Source of the DNA: an uncultured Nitrososphaeraceae archaeon
GTDB taxonomy: Archaea; Thermoproteota; Nitrososphaeria; Nitrososphaerales; Nitrososphaeraceae
Assembly: GCA_963779615.1 (NCBI GenBank)
Contig: CAVZZA010000003.1
Coordinates: 416,001 to 480,000, forward strand
Length of the DNA: 64,000 bases
Direction of reading: 5' to 3'
Shown here: piece by piece, positions 1-9,429 of the stretch
How positions within the stretch are numbered: position 1 is the stretch's first letter
Layout of the letters: every line of letters starts with the position of its first letter
The notes under the pieces: generated by a model
The model's input: only the letters and a program-made list of their open reading frames with translations
Databases searched by the model: none
What the model was told of the DNA's origin: nothing
Program-made: the position numbers and the translations under genes

Positions 1-108
1 AAATAAAGCAAGTTTAAAATCCATTATTAACCATAAAAGATATTCAGCATATTCTAAGGTTTTCGCAGGCATTATCATATTTAATTACAGGCTATATGTC
101 ATAGATAT

Positions 109-228
109 ATGAGTAATGCTGAAGCAGAAAAAGAAGAGATGAATGATGAATCTCATGATTTAGAAGACAGTCAACAGGATGAAGAGGATGAAGAAAATGA
201 GAATGACGCAGATTATCAGAAAGAATAA
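109..228 (+). CDS. Small, extremely acidic protein (39 aa, MSNAEAEKEEMNDESHDLEDSQQDEEDEENENDADYQKE)
   Basis: Read manually (below the ORF-track cutoff): ATG at 109, TAA at 226-228, purine-rich coding bias, followed by a T-run (ggtttttttgg). Confidence 0.5.
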   Translation: MSNAEAEKEEMNDESHDLEDSQQDEEDEENENDADYQKE

Positions 229-344
229 GGTTTTTTTGGATCACCATTAGTTACATCATTTGACAATCCCTGTCACTACTCTTTAGATAACACATAGATA
301 CGTACAATAATGACAAATAGGGTATAGATTGTCTTTTATCCCAC

Positions 345-580
345 CTGTCTGTGCCTATTAGAAAAAGTTGTTGGTTGTTCCTGCTTCAACAATGAATACA
401 GTTGACCTTTTGAAATGTCCTTGATAGGATCGAGTATAGCACCTTATTCTTGCGGCGGCAGTAGGCTAGGGACTGCTGTTTTGGATGGTGCCGCAAATGC
501 AGCCGTTCCGTAGTTGATGCAGTTCCACGTTAAAACGGGATGGCCTCATAACTTGTTATCTTCAAACACCGATAAACATG
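345..580. repeat. Diverged dispersed repeat, copy 1 (homologous to ~35920-36165)
   Basis: Co-linear shared blocks: gtgcct.ttag.aaa, gttga.cttttgaaatg, atagcaccttattct, gctgttttgga.g.tgccgcaaatgcag.cgtt, ttccac..ttaaaa, cataac. Confidence 0.7.
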
Positions 581-1011
581 ACATCAATCTGTGCTGTATC
601 CCTTCGGCACGAACACCAATCGACTGATGCATTCCTCGTCTCTTCTTTTACAGATACAGTTACCAGTGGCCGTTCTTTGCAGATGCGTAAGGCAATGTAT
701 CCTATTGCTTATTCCTGCGTTTTGAATAGCTGCGTCATGCATCACTCGTCGAATATAAGCCTTCTAGCCCATCAAATCGTAGATGTCCTCGATCACATTG
801 TCAATGTACACCGACATCCTTCACCTGGGGCCACTAGCATGAATGGGAAAAATCTCTTTAGAGTCACCCCGTAACCATTTCACACGCGTCTGGTAAGCGA
901 TATGCTTCTGTAGCTCGGCATACCCATGAATGCTTGGAGCCGTAGCCTGCAACCTCCAGTTCACTATCGCAAGCGCGTCTGCATCCGACCGATGTATCAC
1001 CTTAACCTGTA

Positions 1012-1472
1012 AGCATTCCTCGTAAATTGGATTCATATTCACATTAAAGTCATCATAGCCAAAGTGAAACTCAAGGCTGTTGTAGAAATGGAGGATACAG
1101 AGGAGGCAGCGTTGTTTTATAGACACCTTGAAACATTTCAGCCAGGCTGCTATGAGTTCAAGGGATCTAGCGTATCAGCAGATAAGGCAAGTCGTCAGAG
1201 AAGACGATGGCGCCCCCATGCTATTAACAGAGGCAACTACAAAGGCCTGTGAAAGAGATCAAATTGTAAGGTTTTATCTGCTGGGAAAAGATAGCAGCAA
1301 CAGCCATGACAATTTAAAGTTGAGTAAAAGTTGGCATCTTCAGGAGACATTAGGCCGCCTCCGAAAGGATGGCTGCATACAACTCACCAGTGAAAAACCA
1401 ATAATGATTATAAGGAAGGTAGATGAGGATAAGGCCGAAGATAAAGAGCGAAGTGGCTTAGAAGAGCCCTGA
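1012..1472 (+). pseudogene. 3' remnant of an MCM-like helicase (plasmid/integrative-element type)
   Basis: Across frameshifts reads SIPRKLDS/IHIKVIIAKVKLKAVVEMEDTEEAALFY, matching the MCM C-terminal pattern R-x-L-[ED]-S...A-K-L-x-L...V..ED..EA. A C-terminal extension follows in ORF 1128..1472. Confidence 0.5.
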
Positions 1473-1739
1473 TCTAAGTGATGTATGTGATGAAGGTTGT
1501 GGTTCAGTAAAATCGGAATCTAGTTGTTTCCTGTCTACGCCATCCTTGTCTTCTACTGTTTATCTTTTACATCGATGGCCTCACATTCATCACACTCAAA
1601 GACACCAAATCATTAATGCAATGTCTATTCTTCAGACATCTGATAAATGTGATGTATAAGATGGAATAAAAAATTTTAGCTTCATGCTCTAGTCTTAAGA
1701 TAGAAAATAATGACAGATTGGTTATGATTAAAACAATGT

Positions 1740-2240
1740 TCGCAACTCGCTAGATTAGCCAGGTACCATCCATCCCCAACTGAACGGTTTGCCATATAGT
1801 TGGTCAGCACAGATCCAAACTCATGGAGGTGGCCTGAAGGCAGGGCTTGAGAAATCAACGTGGTGATGTGGCCCATGGCGAACGTAAACGCCTATAAATT
1901 TGCTAAAAATAAGCAAGTAGAGGTACCTGATCTGACACCTTTAAGAGTTGTCGGTTCCATCGAGCGAAACTATCGCAAGGAGATGGAAAGGTCACATACG
2001 TTTCTAGGCATACATTTCTATCATATTGGCGGCACTATTATCAAAGTAGACATACGCAAGGAAGCGACTCTTAATATCAAGGTTGAACAGGAACAGAGCA
2101 AAAGCAGATCAATGTATATTGGGCGGTTTCGCCGACAAGGATAGATTATCAAATACCATTTAACCCAACGTTCCCTGACAGAAAGACGCATAACCATGTA
2201 TGAACAGGCAGCATCAATTGGCCATTTCAATACCGCCATT
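1740..2240 (+). pseudogene. Degraded gene of unknown family (includes ORF 1860..2144)
   Basis: Protein-like stretches interrupted by stops and frameshifts; no motif recognised. Confidence 0.25.
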
Positions 2241-2488
2241 AGTTTATTTGACGATAACGAAAAAAACTCCTCTCTGGTTCATACAATATACAATGATTAA
2301 TTTTTCATGCAAGTGATCTTTTCGATGAGGAGTCTAATAGTATACATTAATCGTTGATTGTAGTAGTATTCAGAATATTCTTTTATCTCTGACCAATCAT
2401 ATTTTATATAAATGACTATTCTTTATTTCAAAGCAAAGCAATTATAGGCAAAGAACTATTGAACAATGGCAAGAGGAATCATCATAAC

Positions 2489-5223
2489 CTAATTATTTTG
2501 CCGACTGTCTAGTTTCCTTTTTACTTTCTCTTCCAGTATAATAACATCATCTATTCCAATTTTTTTTTCAATATTGGATCGTATATGAAGCGACCTTTTA
2601 AATCCTAGAACATCAAGCCCTTTTGGTATTTCTTCATGAGCTTGAAGTATATAATAAAGAGCATCTTCATACTCGCCTTCTTCATAATATGTTTGAGCAA
2701 TATTGTTCAAAGTATTGCCAATCTCAGAGTTATGCTCTAACTTTTCTTTTATCTTCAAGCTTTGTTGATACAGCTTTAACGCTTGGTCATACTCTTCTTT
2801 GCCAAGGTATGCTGAACCCATATTGTTCAAAGTATTGCTAATTCCCATTTGGTCACCTAACTTTTCTTTTATCTTCAAGCTTTGATGGTACAGCTTTTAA
2901 CGCTTGGTCATACTCTTCTTTGCCAAGGTATGCTGAACCCATATTGTCCAAAGCTCTGCCAATACCTTCCTGGTCACCTAACTTTTTCGCTATATCTATA
3001 CTACGATTGTACAGCTTTAACGCTTGGTCATACTCTCCTTTGCTTGCGTATATCATACCTACATTGTTCAAAGTCAAGCCAATCCCATAGTTATTCCCTA
3101 ACCTTTTTGATATCTTCAATCTCTGATTGTACATCTTTAACGCTTGGTCATACTCTCTTTTGCCAAGGTATGCTGAACCCATATTGTTCAAAGTATTGCT
3201 AATTCCCATTTGGTCACCTAACTTTTCTTTTATCTTCAAGCTTTGATCGGTACAGCTTTAACGCTTGGTCATACTCTCCTTTGTTATAATGTATGATAGA
3301 TATATTGTCCAAAGCATTGCCAATCCCAGGATCATCCCCTAACCCTTTTGATAACTCTAAACTTTGTTGATACAGCTTTAACGCTTGGTCATGCTCTCCT
3401 TTGTTTTTATGTATAATACCTATATTGTTTAACATTGTTGAATACATTAACTGGTTATTGGAATCTTGGGAATATTCTAGTGCAGATTTAAAGATCGATA
3501 AAGCCTCATTGTATCTTCCCCATATGGAATAGACTTTGGTTGCCAAGTCATTCAAAAGCCACATTTCTTTTGCCTTTAAATTTTGAGTGTTATTTTCTGC
3601 AGATTTACTCTGACTTAGTTGTTGAATGTCTTTAACAGATCTTTTATAACACCTTTCTGCGAGATCAAGATCTCCTTTTCTCGCTGCGTAATCTCCAATA
3701 TCCCTATTGCGATTATATGACTCTTGAGGAGACTTTCTTGACATATGTAGATGATATGCAGCTGAAATTGCAATTTTATAATTATCCTGTATTTGTAAAT
3801 TGTCATTCTTATAAGTAGTAGTATTATTATATTCTTCTTCTTTTTCTGCTTCTCCTCTGTGATTCTTTTTTTCTAATGCAAGAAAGAACCTAGCTGCCTT
3901 ATCATGATAGTAATTTCTTATATCCATGCGAAGATTATCTTCAAAACATCTTTTGATTAACTCATGCCTAAACCACCAGCTATCGGTGTCATCATTGTTG
4001 TCCTCTTTCTTCAGTGGAGAAAACACTCTATTTTCAACAAGTCTTTCACCAAGTGATTGTATCTCAAAAGGATCATCTATTTCAAGATACGAAGCAAGTT
4101 TACCATAATCATCGTTTCTGAAGGGTTGTTGTAGTATGGACAGGCGATACAGGTTTTTTTCCATGTTGGGAGGCAACCCGGACTTTAGTTTGGTCAACTG
4201 TTCACACAATCTTTTTCTGCTTATGCTCTCATAGTCATTAAGGTCCGCAGATGTCCTTATCCACTCCTCCAAAAGCATGGGCAGCCCTGCGGTGTTTTCC
4301 CTTATCCTCTGCAAATCAGGTGTCATGGGAAGTGATACACCCCTGACAATCTTTATCCACTTGCCAATTTCTTCCTCGGGCAGGCCATGCAAATCCATAA
4401 TTTCGCCATGTAGTGCTCTTTTCACTTTATCTTGTAACTCTTTGAATTTAGCTTTAATTTCCGGTTCCTGTATTATTCTTTCATCTGTGCTAAAAGACAC
4501 TATAATATGAAATCGTTCTTCAAACATCATAAACTTGGCAAAATTTAAGAAAAAGTCAATTGAGGCCTTGCCGACATGCTCAAACTGATCAAACATCACC
4601 ACAAACCTTCGGTCCTTAAACTCGTCCAAAATGGCTTTGAAAATTTCCAAATATGATTCTCTTGCCTCGTCTTTGTGTTCTGTCACATAGCTTTGAGATA
4701 ATTGTATTCCCGACTTTTCTTCCCCAATTGCCTTGATAATTTCCTTTCCAACCTCAAATGTTTGCCCAAGGCCTACTTTCTTGGCAGCATCTTCCAATAT
4801 GGCAAGCCCTATCTTTTTTCCCTGCTCTTTGGCAGACTTAGAAAATCCTCTTTTAATCTTGGTCCAAGTGGTGTCCATCCTTTCACCACTGGTTTGTGTT
4901 TTCAGTACATCTCGCACCAAACTTCCTAAGGCAATGTTGAACGGATAAACCAATGATTCTGATTCAGCTATCAGAGATTCCTTTCTGCTGTAATAGCCTA
5001 CAAAGGTGTTTTTTTTTAGATCGTCTACGTCGTTTGTAAGCCTTCTGTAAATCTCATCTAGAAGAGCCGACTTACCTATACCTGACTCTCCTGTTATAAG
5101 CCAAGTACTGCTTTTGACATTCTGAATGCCATCAAGCATTTGGGAAACTTCCTTATCCCTTCCAATAAGTATATTCTTTGAATCTACTTCGCCAGCATAG
5201 GCAGCAACAGTATTATGGACCAC
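2489..5223 (-). CDS. P-loop NTPase (AAA_16/STAND-like) plus C-terminal TPR array, ~910 aa if two +1 frameshifts (~2895, ~3248) are corrected
   Basis: LIGRDKE N-terminus, Walker A GESGIGKS, Walker B VVMFDQFE, GLP motif (TAGLPMLL), WFRHELIK winged-helix motif, then 40-aa TPR units. ORFs 3214..5223, 2853..3239 and 2489..2878 join; 2735 nt minus 2 = 911 codons. Confidence 0.85.
2620..3480 (-). repeat. Tandem 120-nt TPR-coding repeats (~7 units), some near-identical
   Basis: ttaacgcttggtcat recurs at ~120-nt period; 2781-2885 and 3142-3246 are almost identical. Confidence 0.9.
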
Positions 5224-5456
5224 TGATAGTCACTATGGTTATCATAGATATTGGCAAGAAAATAAAGTTAACTACAATTACAAAAACAATATTTTTAACA
5301 AGGCTTAACCGATCGACAGGCCTAAATTGCATAAACAACCAAATACTTGTAATTCTACAGCCATGTGATGTATATGATGTATATGGGACCTTTTTAGATG
5401 CACCAAAGCCCAAGAGAAGTAGCAACTCGTCGTTGCCTTATATACATTTTGTCACT

Positions 5457-5714
5457 ATGCCTATAGTAGCAAAATTGATAAAACAGTATTATATCCAACC
5501 TTACCTGGTTGGAAAGGACAAGCGTTCATTGGCCATGGTCTTGCCATCAGAAATGGTTAAGTCACTCGATATCGACCCCCTTACCATACTCTTTTTGCTA
5601 AAGGTTGAAGGGCACGATGAGTTGCAGTTAAGGATCATCAGACAGGAGCACCTGGAAAAGAAGGATACCGAAAATGCGATACCTGTCATCGAACAGGAGG
5701 TCGGCCACCAGTGA
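5457..5714 (+). CDS. AbrB/SpoVT-like DNA-binding protein
   Basis: PYLVGKDKRSLAMVLPSEMVKSLDID swapped-hairpin pattern; ATG at 5457 in frame with ORF 5178..5714; GTGA overlap with the next gene. Confidence 0.65.
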   Translation: MPIVAKLIKQYYIQPYLVGKDKRSLAMVLPSEMVKSLDIDPLTILFLLKVEGHDELQLRIIRQEHLEKKDTENAIPVIEQEVGHQ

Positions 5715-6625
5715 AAAACTTTGAGGATGAGCCTCGGGACACCAACAACGCTCCTAACGAAGACTTTGTCGATCCAACTGAAACTGGGGAGACTGTTGAC
5801 AAGAAACTCGATGCAGAGGTCTCTGGGTTATTTGAGGATGCAAGGGGCGAACTTGAAAAGATAGATGCAAATGCAGAACGCCAGAAAAAGCAAATTGTCA
5901 TCGATTTGGCAAAAGACCTGGAAGACAAAATCCGAACTGACTCTATATGCATGGAGATAATTGATGCATTGCGGGGACGAGTATCTCCGGGGTTCATACG
6001 CGAATGCCTTGATGAGAAGTACAAGCAGAAGCATCGAATAGCAAACGCAAGAAAGCAGAAGCGACAACAGCAACAGGAACCCGACCCCATTGACAATTCA
6101 GCGAAGGCAACCACGCTAAACCAGGAGGCCGAAAAGAAAAAGACCATTATCCTTGGCGCTGATGGGCATGCAATGCTTCAGGAGGAAGAAGACAACCCGG
6201 TTGATGAAGGTGCGGACGAGGAACAGTCCACCATAACCATTGGGTCTTCAATCACAAAGGATGGAGTGCAAACGAATCACCGTCAAGAGCAGCAGGAAGA
6301 ACCAGAGCATTACAAATATTCTTATGATTACCTTAACATGAAGGGCCCTAGTGTGGAGGATGTAGAACTGGATGAAGAGGGTATGAAATCAACTCAATCC
6401 ATCGGTCAGGACGAGGCTGTTGACATAACCACTCATGACAACAAACTAGATCCGCCTTCAGGTGATTACATGAGCTTTGAGTTCCCATTGGTGTTCAGGG
6501 ACCTCCGAAATCATATGGCTACAATGTTTAAAAAAGAGGGTGACAGGGGAAAGGTTTGGTTTAGCGGAAAAATAAACAAAAGGACAGGAAAGGTTGTAGA
6601 TGCAGGTTTCGGAAAAATAAGTTAG
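5711..6625 (+). CDS. Hypothetical protein (helical N-domain, acidic linker, C-terminal KVWFSGKINKRTGKVV domain), probably mobile-element associated
   Basis: 304-aa ORF translationally coupled to the AbrB-like gene. Confidence 0.75.
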   Translation: MKNFEDEPRDTNNAPNEDFVDPTETGETVDKKLDAEVSGLFEDARGELEKIDANAERQKKQIVIDLAKDLEDKIRTDSICMEIIDALRGRVSPGFIRECLDEKYKQKHRIANARKQKRQQQQEPDPIDNSAKATTLNQEAEKKKTIILGADGHAMLQEEEDNPVDEGADEEQSTITIGSSITKDGVQTNHRQEQQEEPEHYKYSYDYLNMKGPSVEDVELDEEGMKSTQSIGQDEAVDITTHDNKLDPPSGDYMSFEFPLVFRDLRNHMATMFKKEGDRGKVWFSGKINKRTGKVVDAGFGKIS

Positions 6626-6739
6626 TTGGAATAGGGTTTGTCTGGAACAAAGGATCAATGCGTACAATGCCTGTGAAATACTTCGCTGATCCTTTGTGGA
6701 AGGCTGTAAGCCGCCTCGTTTGATGTGCATTTTTCACCA

Positions 6740-7268
6740 TCAGGCCTTCAGCAACGCCATGTCGATCACAATGCGATACTTCACATCACTTTTCAGCATC
6801 CGCTAATTTGCTTTATTGATGTCCAGAATCTTGATCATCTCGATATCTGCTGTGATGCCATGCTCGCCGCAGAAATTGACAAGTTCCTGCGTTTCAGCAA
6901 TACCCCCGATGAGCGAGCCAGAGAGGCTGCGACGCTTGAACAGAAGGCCAAAGGCCGAGACGGCATAGGGCTTGTCAGGTGCGCCGATGAGGTAAGGTTG
7001 CCGTCGGGGCGGAGCAGTTGTAGGTATGCGTTAATGTCGTGCTCGGCTGAGACCGCATCGAGGATAAAGTCGAACCTGCCTGAATGCTTGCTGATCTCAT
7101 TGGCATTTCGCGAAATGATCGCGTCATCCGCGCCGAGGAGAGGCGGCAAAGACCACGACATGGACCCCAAGCGCATGGGCAAACTTTACCGCCATGTGGC
7201 CCAGGCCGCCAAGACCCACCACACCGACCTTTTTGGCTTTAGTGACACTACCCATGCCACATGGGCGA
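6740..7268 (-). pseudogene. C-terminal half of an NAD(P)-dependent Zn alcohol dehydrogenase (YahK/cinnamyl-ADH type)
   Basis: Across frameshifts: KKVGVVGLGGLGHMAVKFAHALG...[27 protein letters not shown]...GAPDKP...[17 protein letters not shown]...KSDVKYRIVIDMALLKA*. Visibly GC-richer than the flanks. Confidence 0.85.
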
Positions 7269-7270
7269 GT

Positions 7271-7370
7271 ATGTCAATAACCAATCAGTTAGGGTTAAAG
7301 GAAGGCGACAAGCTACTATAGAAGATTGAAATCGAGGACAATAACTGATAATAAAAAAAGCCTTTGGAAT
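7271..7370 (+). pseudogene. AbrB/MazE-like 3' fragment
   Basis: SITNQLGLKEGDKLL*KIEIEDN resembles the LGLKEGDxL motif. Confidence 0.4.
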
Positions 7371-7414
7371 AGTATAATATAAGTGTTTATAGCTTTGATA
7401 AGGTTAATAACTAT

Positions 7415-7747
7415 GTGGAACTAATTTCCGAACCCATAAATCAACAGGAATGGCATAAGCAGGTTCTGACCCATTATAACAGACCAAATATAAAATATGT
7501 AAGAAGAACCGATACAATGTCAATAAAACAAATATTAGACTTATACAGGGAAGGATTAATTCCATGTGATACATGTGAGCAAAACATGCCGATTAAGCCC
7601 GCTATTGATTTAGCACAACATATTGCACATGCTATCAATCCCATGGTCTTGTGGAGTTGTGACAGGTGCATTCAGGAGGACTTTAGGAAGGTAAGAATTA
7701 TAGCGGGTTTTCCCAAACCTTTTGAAACATCCTTAAATACGAAATAA
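7415..7747 (+). CDS. Hypothetical Zn-binding protein (two CxxC)
   Basis: CDTC and CDRC motifs in a 110-aa ORF. Confidence 0.6.
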   Translation: MELISEPINQQEWHKQVLTHYNRPNIKYVRRTDTMSIKQILDLYREGLIPCDTCEQNMPIKPAIDLAQHIAHAINPMVLWSCDRCIQEDFRKVRIIAGFPKPFETSLNTK

Positions 7748-7761
7748 TCTCCTGTTTTTTT

Positions 7762-8022
7762 ATGGAAGAACAGGAGCATGAAATAACATGTGTTCAACAT
7801 AATGATGGAATTATTACCCATGTTGATGTTAAAGGGGGTGGTAGACAATCAGTTAATGTAGTCGCACGTTTAATTTCTGAAGGGCACTACTTTTTTACGG
7901 ATAATAATGGAATTCAAACAGCGGTATATGCTAGCCTTTCTGAAAACGGAGAGCCGTTTCTAACAACGGACCCTGATAGATCAGATATGAATACTCTTGA
8001 TCGTTTACAAGAGTGTCGCTAA
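7762..8022 (+). CDS. DUF3892-like protein
   Basis: ITCV...ITHV...FFT...G.PFLTTDPD....NTLDRLQEC pattern; paralog at 62811..63071. Confidence 0.7.
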   Translation: MEEQEHEITCVQHNDGIITHVDVKGGGRQSVNVVARLISEGHYFFTDNNGIQTAVYASLSENGEPFLTTDPDRSDMNTLDRLQECR

Positions 8023-8145
8023 AATAATTAAATAGAACCATTCCATCCGACGACTTTTTACAGCTGTTTTAAGAGATGTCATCAGACGTAGACTTGGCAG
8101 CCATAAAAATCCTTAAATAAACGTTATAGCAAACTTTGGGTTAAC

Positions 8146-8439
8146 ATGACAGATAACAATGAAATAGACCATTTAACTGCAAGAACAATAAATGCAAAAT
8201 TGGTAATTATGGCGGCGACATTAATGATGACATTGACGGCAATTAATGCATATGGATATGTTTTTGCACAAGATTCATCGGACTCGGATGATTCGGATTC
8301 ATCGGACTCCAGTGATTCAAATTCTCAGGATGATCAACCACGGGGCTCTGGTGATGATTGCCATTATATTCATGGCAATAGTGGTGTGTTGTCCCCTTGT
8401 CACCCAACTGCTGGCAATCCACCAATCTCAGTAAATTAG
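8146..8439 (+). CDS. Small secreted Ser/Asp-rich protein
   Basis: Hydrophobic signal ending VFA-Q, DSSDSD repeats, two Cys. Confidence 0.65.
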   Translation: MTDNNEIDHLTARTINAKLVIMAATLMMTLTAINAYGYVFAQDSSDSDDSDSSDSSDSNSQDDQPRGSGDDCHYIHGNSGVLSPCHPTAGNPPISVN

Positions 8440-8559
8440 AGAATATACCTTCCCTCTTTTTTTAAAATTTTTAGCATTAATGTAAGTAAACTCATTCTTT
8501 TAATTTGTTAAATATGTAAATGGAGTTTTTCTTACCGAGCGGTTTCCATCAAATACACA

Positions 8560-9114
8560 TCATGGTAAATATATTAACTTCTTTTGCAACTCCTCAACCT
8601 CTCTTTCCAGCTGGAACTTGACAGAGTTCAGCCTGCCAATGTCAGCCGCCGTTTCATATAGTTCGCAGTTTAGGCTATTGAGTTTGCCTGCCATCTGGAC
8701 AATGTTGAAAATGTCCTGCTTGTTACAAAGACCTTCATTCTTTAGATCATGATAGAGATGCTCCAGAAGATAGATGTCATTTCCAATCTCATTATAGATG
8801 ACAATCAATTTTTGCAGGTTCAGCAGTCGTAGATAGTCAGAATACATGCCTAACACCTCGTCTGTATCGATATTCAGCGCAATTGCGACATCGACTAGGT
8901 TCGTGCATTTTTTAAACAGTTTGAAGGATCGTGAGTTTATGGATAGGGCGTTATCTTGATACCCTATACCTTCGTCTTCCCCGGTATACCTTCTGATTAT
9001 TGTACCGATATCCTTTAGCGAGACATGAGCAGCTTCAGCTATAAACCTAGTGGACTTGCCTTCTTCAGCGAGCTTGATCACAAGGTCCTCCTTTTGCTGT
9101 CGCTTTAGAATCAC
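8560..9114 (-). CDS. HTH plus coiled-coil protein (multicopy family)
   Basis: EGKSTRFIAEAAHVSLKDIGTIIRR HTH, second HTH-like segment LVDVAIALNID, C-terminal heptads; decayed paralog at ~15430-15780. Confidence 0.75.
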   Translation of the reverse strand: MILKRQQKEDLVIKLAEEGKSTRFIAEAAHVSLKDIGTIIRRYTGEDEGIGYQDNALSINSRSFKLFKKCTNLVDVAIALNIDTDEVLGMYSDYLRLLNLQKLIVIYNEIGNDIYLLEHLYHDLKNEGLCNKQDIFNIVQMAGKLNSLNCELYETAADIGRLNSVKFQLEREVEELQKKLIYLP

Positions 9115-9152
9115 TTTAAGACATCTGTATATAGGGGAAAGAACTTAAAAAG

Positions 9153-9226
9153 CCCTGATTCCCCTGATTCCCCTGATTCTTTTGGTTAAAAAAGGACATG
9201 AGGAGACAGCGTTTTAAAACCGTCTC
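9153..9226. promoter_or_regulatory. Three perfect 9-nt direct repeats (ccctgattc, 9153-9179) plus an imperfect inverted repeat gagac..gttttaaaac..gtctc (9203-9226) upstream of the HTH gene
   Basis: Directly visible in the sequence; function inferred. Confidence 0.5.
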
Positions 9227-9429
9227 ACCACAAATCTAGTTAATAACGATAAGAAATTATTTCCTAAAACTTTTGCCATACTAGAAGAGATGTAGAATCG
9301 ATAAAAAAACACAGCATAATAGACGGTGGTTCGTGTCCGACAGGATACTTTGCGCTAATTAGAACAATTAGTTTATAGACCTCATCCATAAATATTTTTG
9401 AAATTATAGCAGGTGTTTTGGTTGTGACC

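Noticed and set aside
578-1126. ORFs 578..874 (+) and 821..1126 (-)
   Set aside because: No motifs, overlapping each other and the MCM relic; probably degraded DNA.
2620-3480. TPR repeats as DGR template/variable repeats
   Set aside because: No reverse transcriptase; repeats are tandem and coding; differences are not restricted to adenines.
6725-7321. 198-aa + strand ORF
   Set aside because: Shadow of the minus-strand alcohol dehydrogenase relic; only its last ~16 codons match the AbrB fragment.
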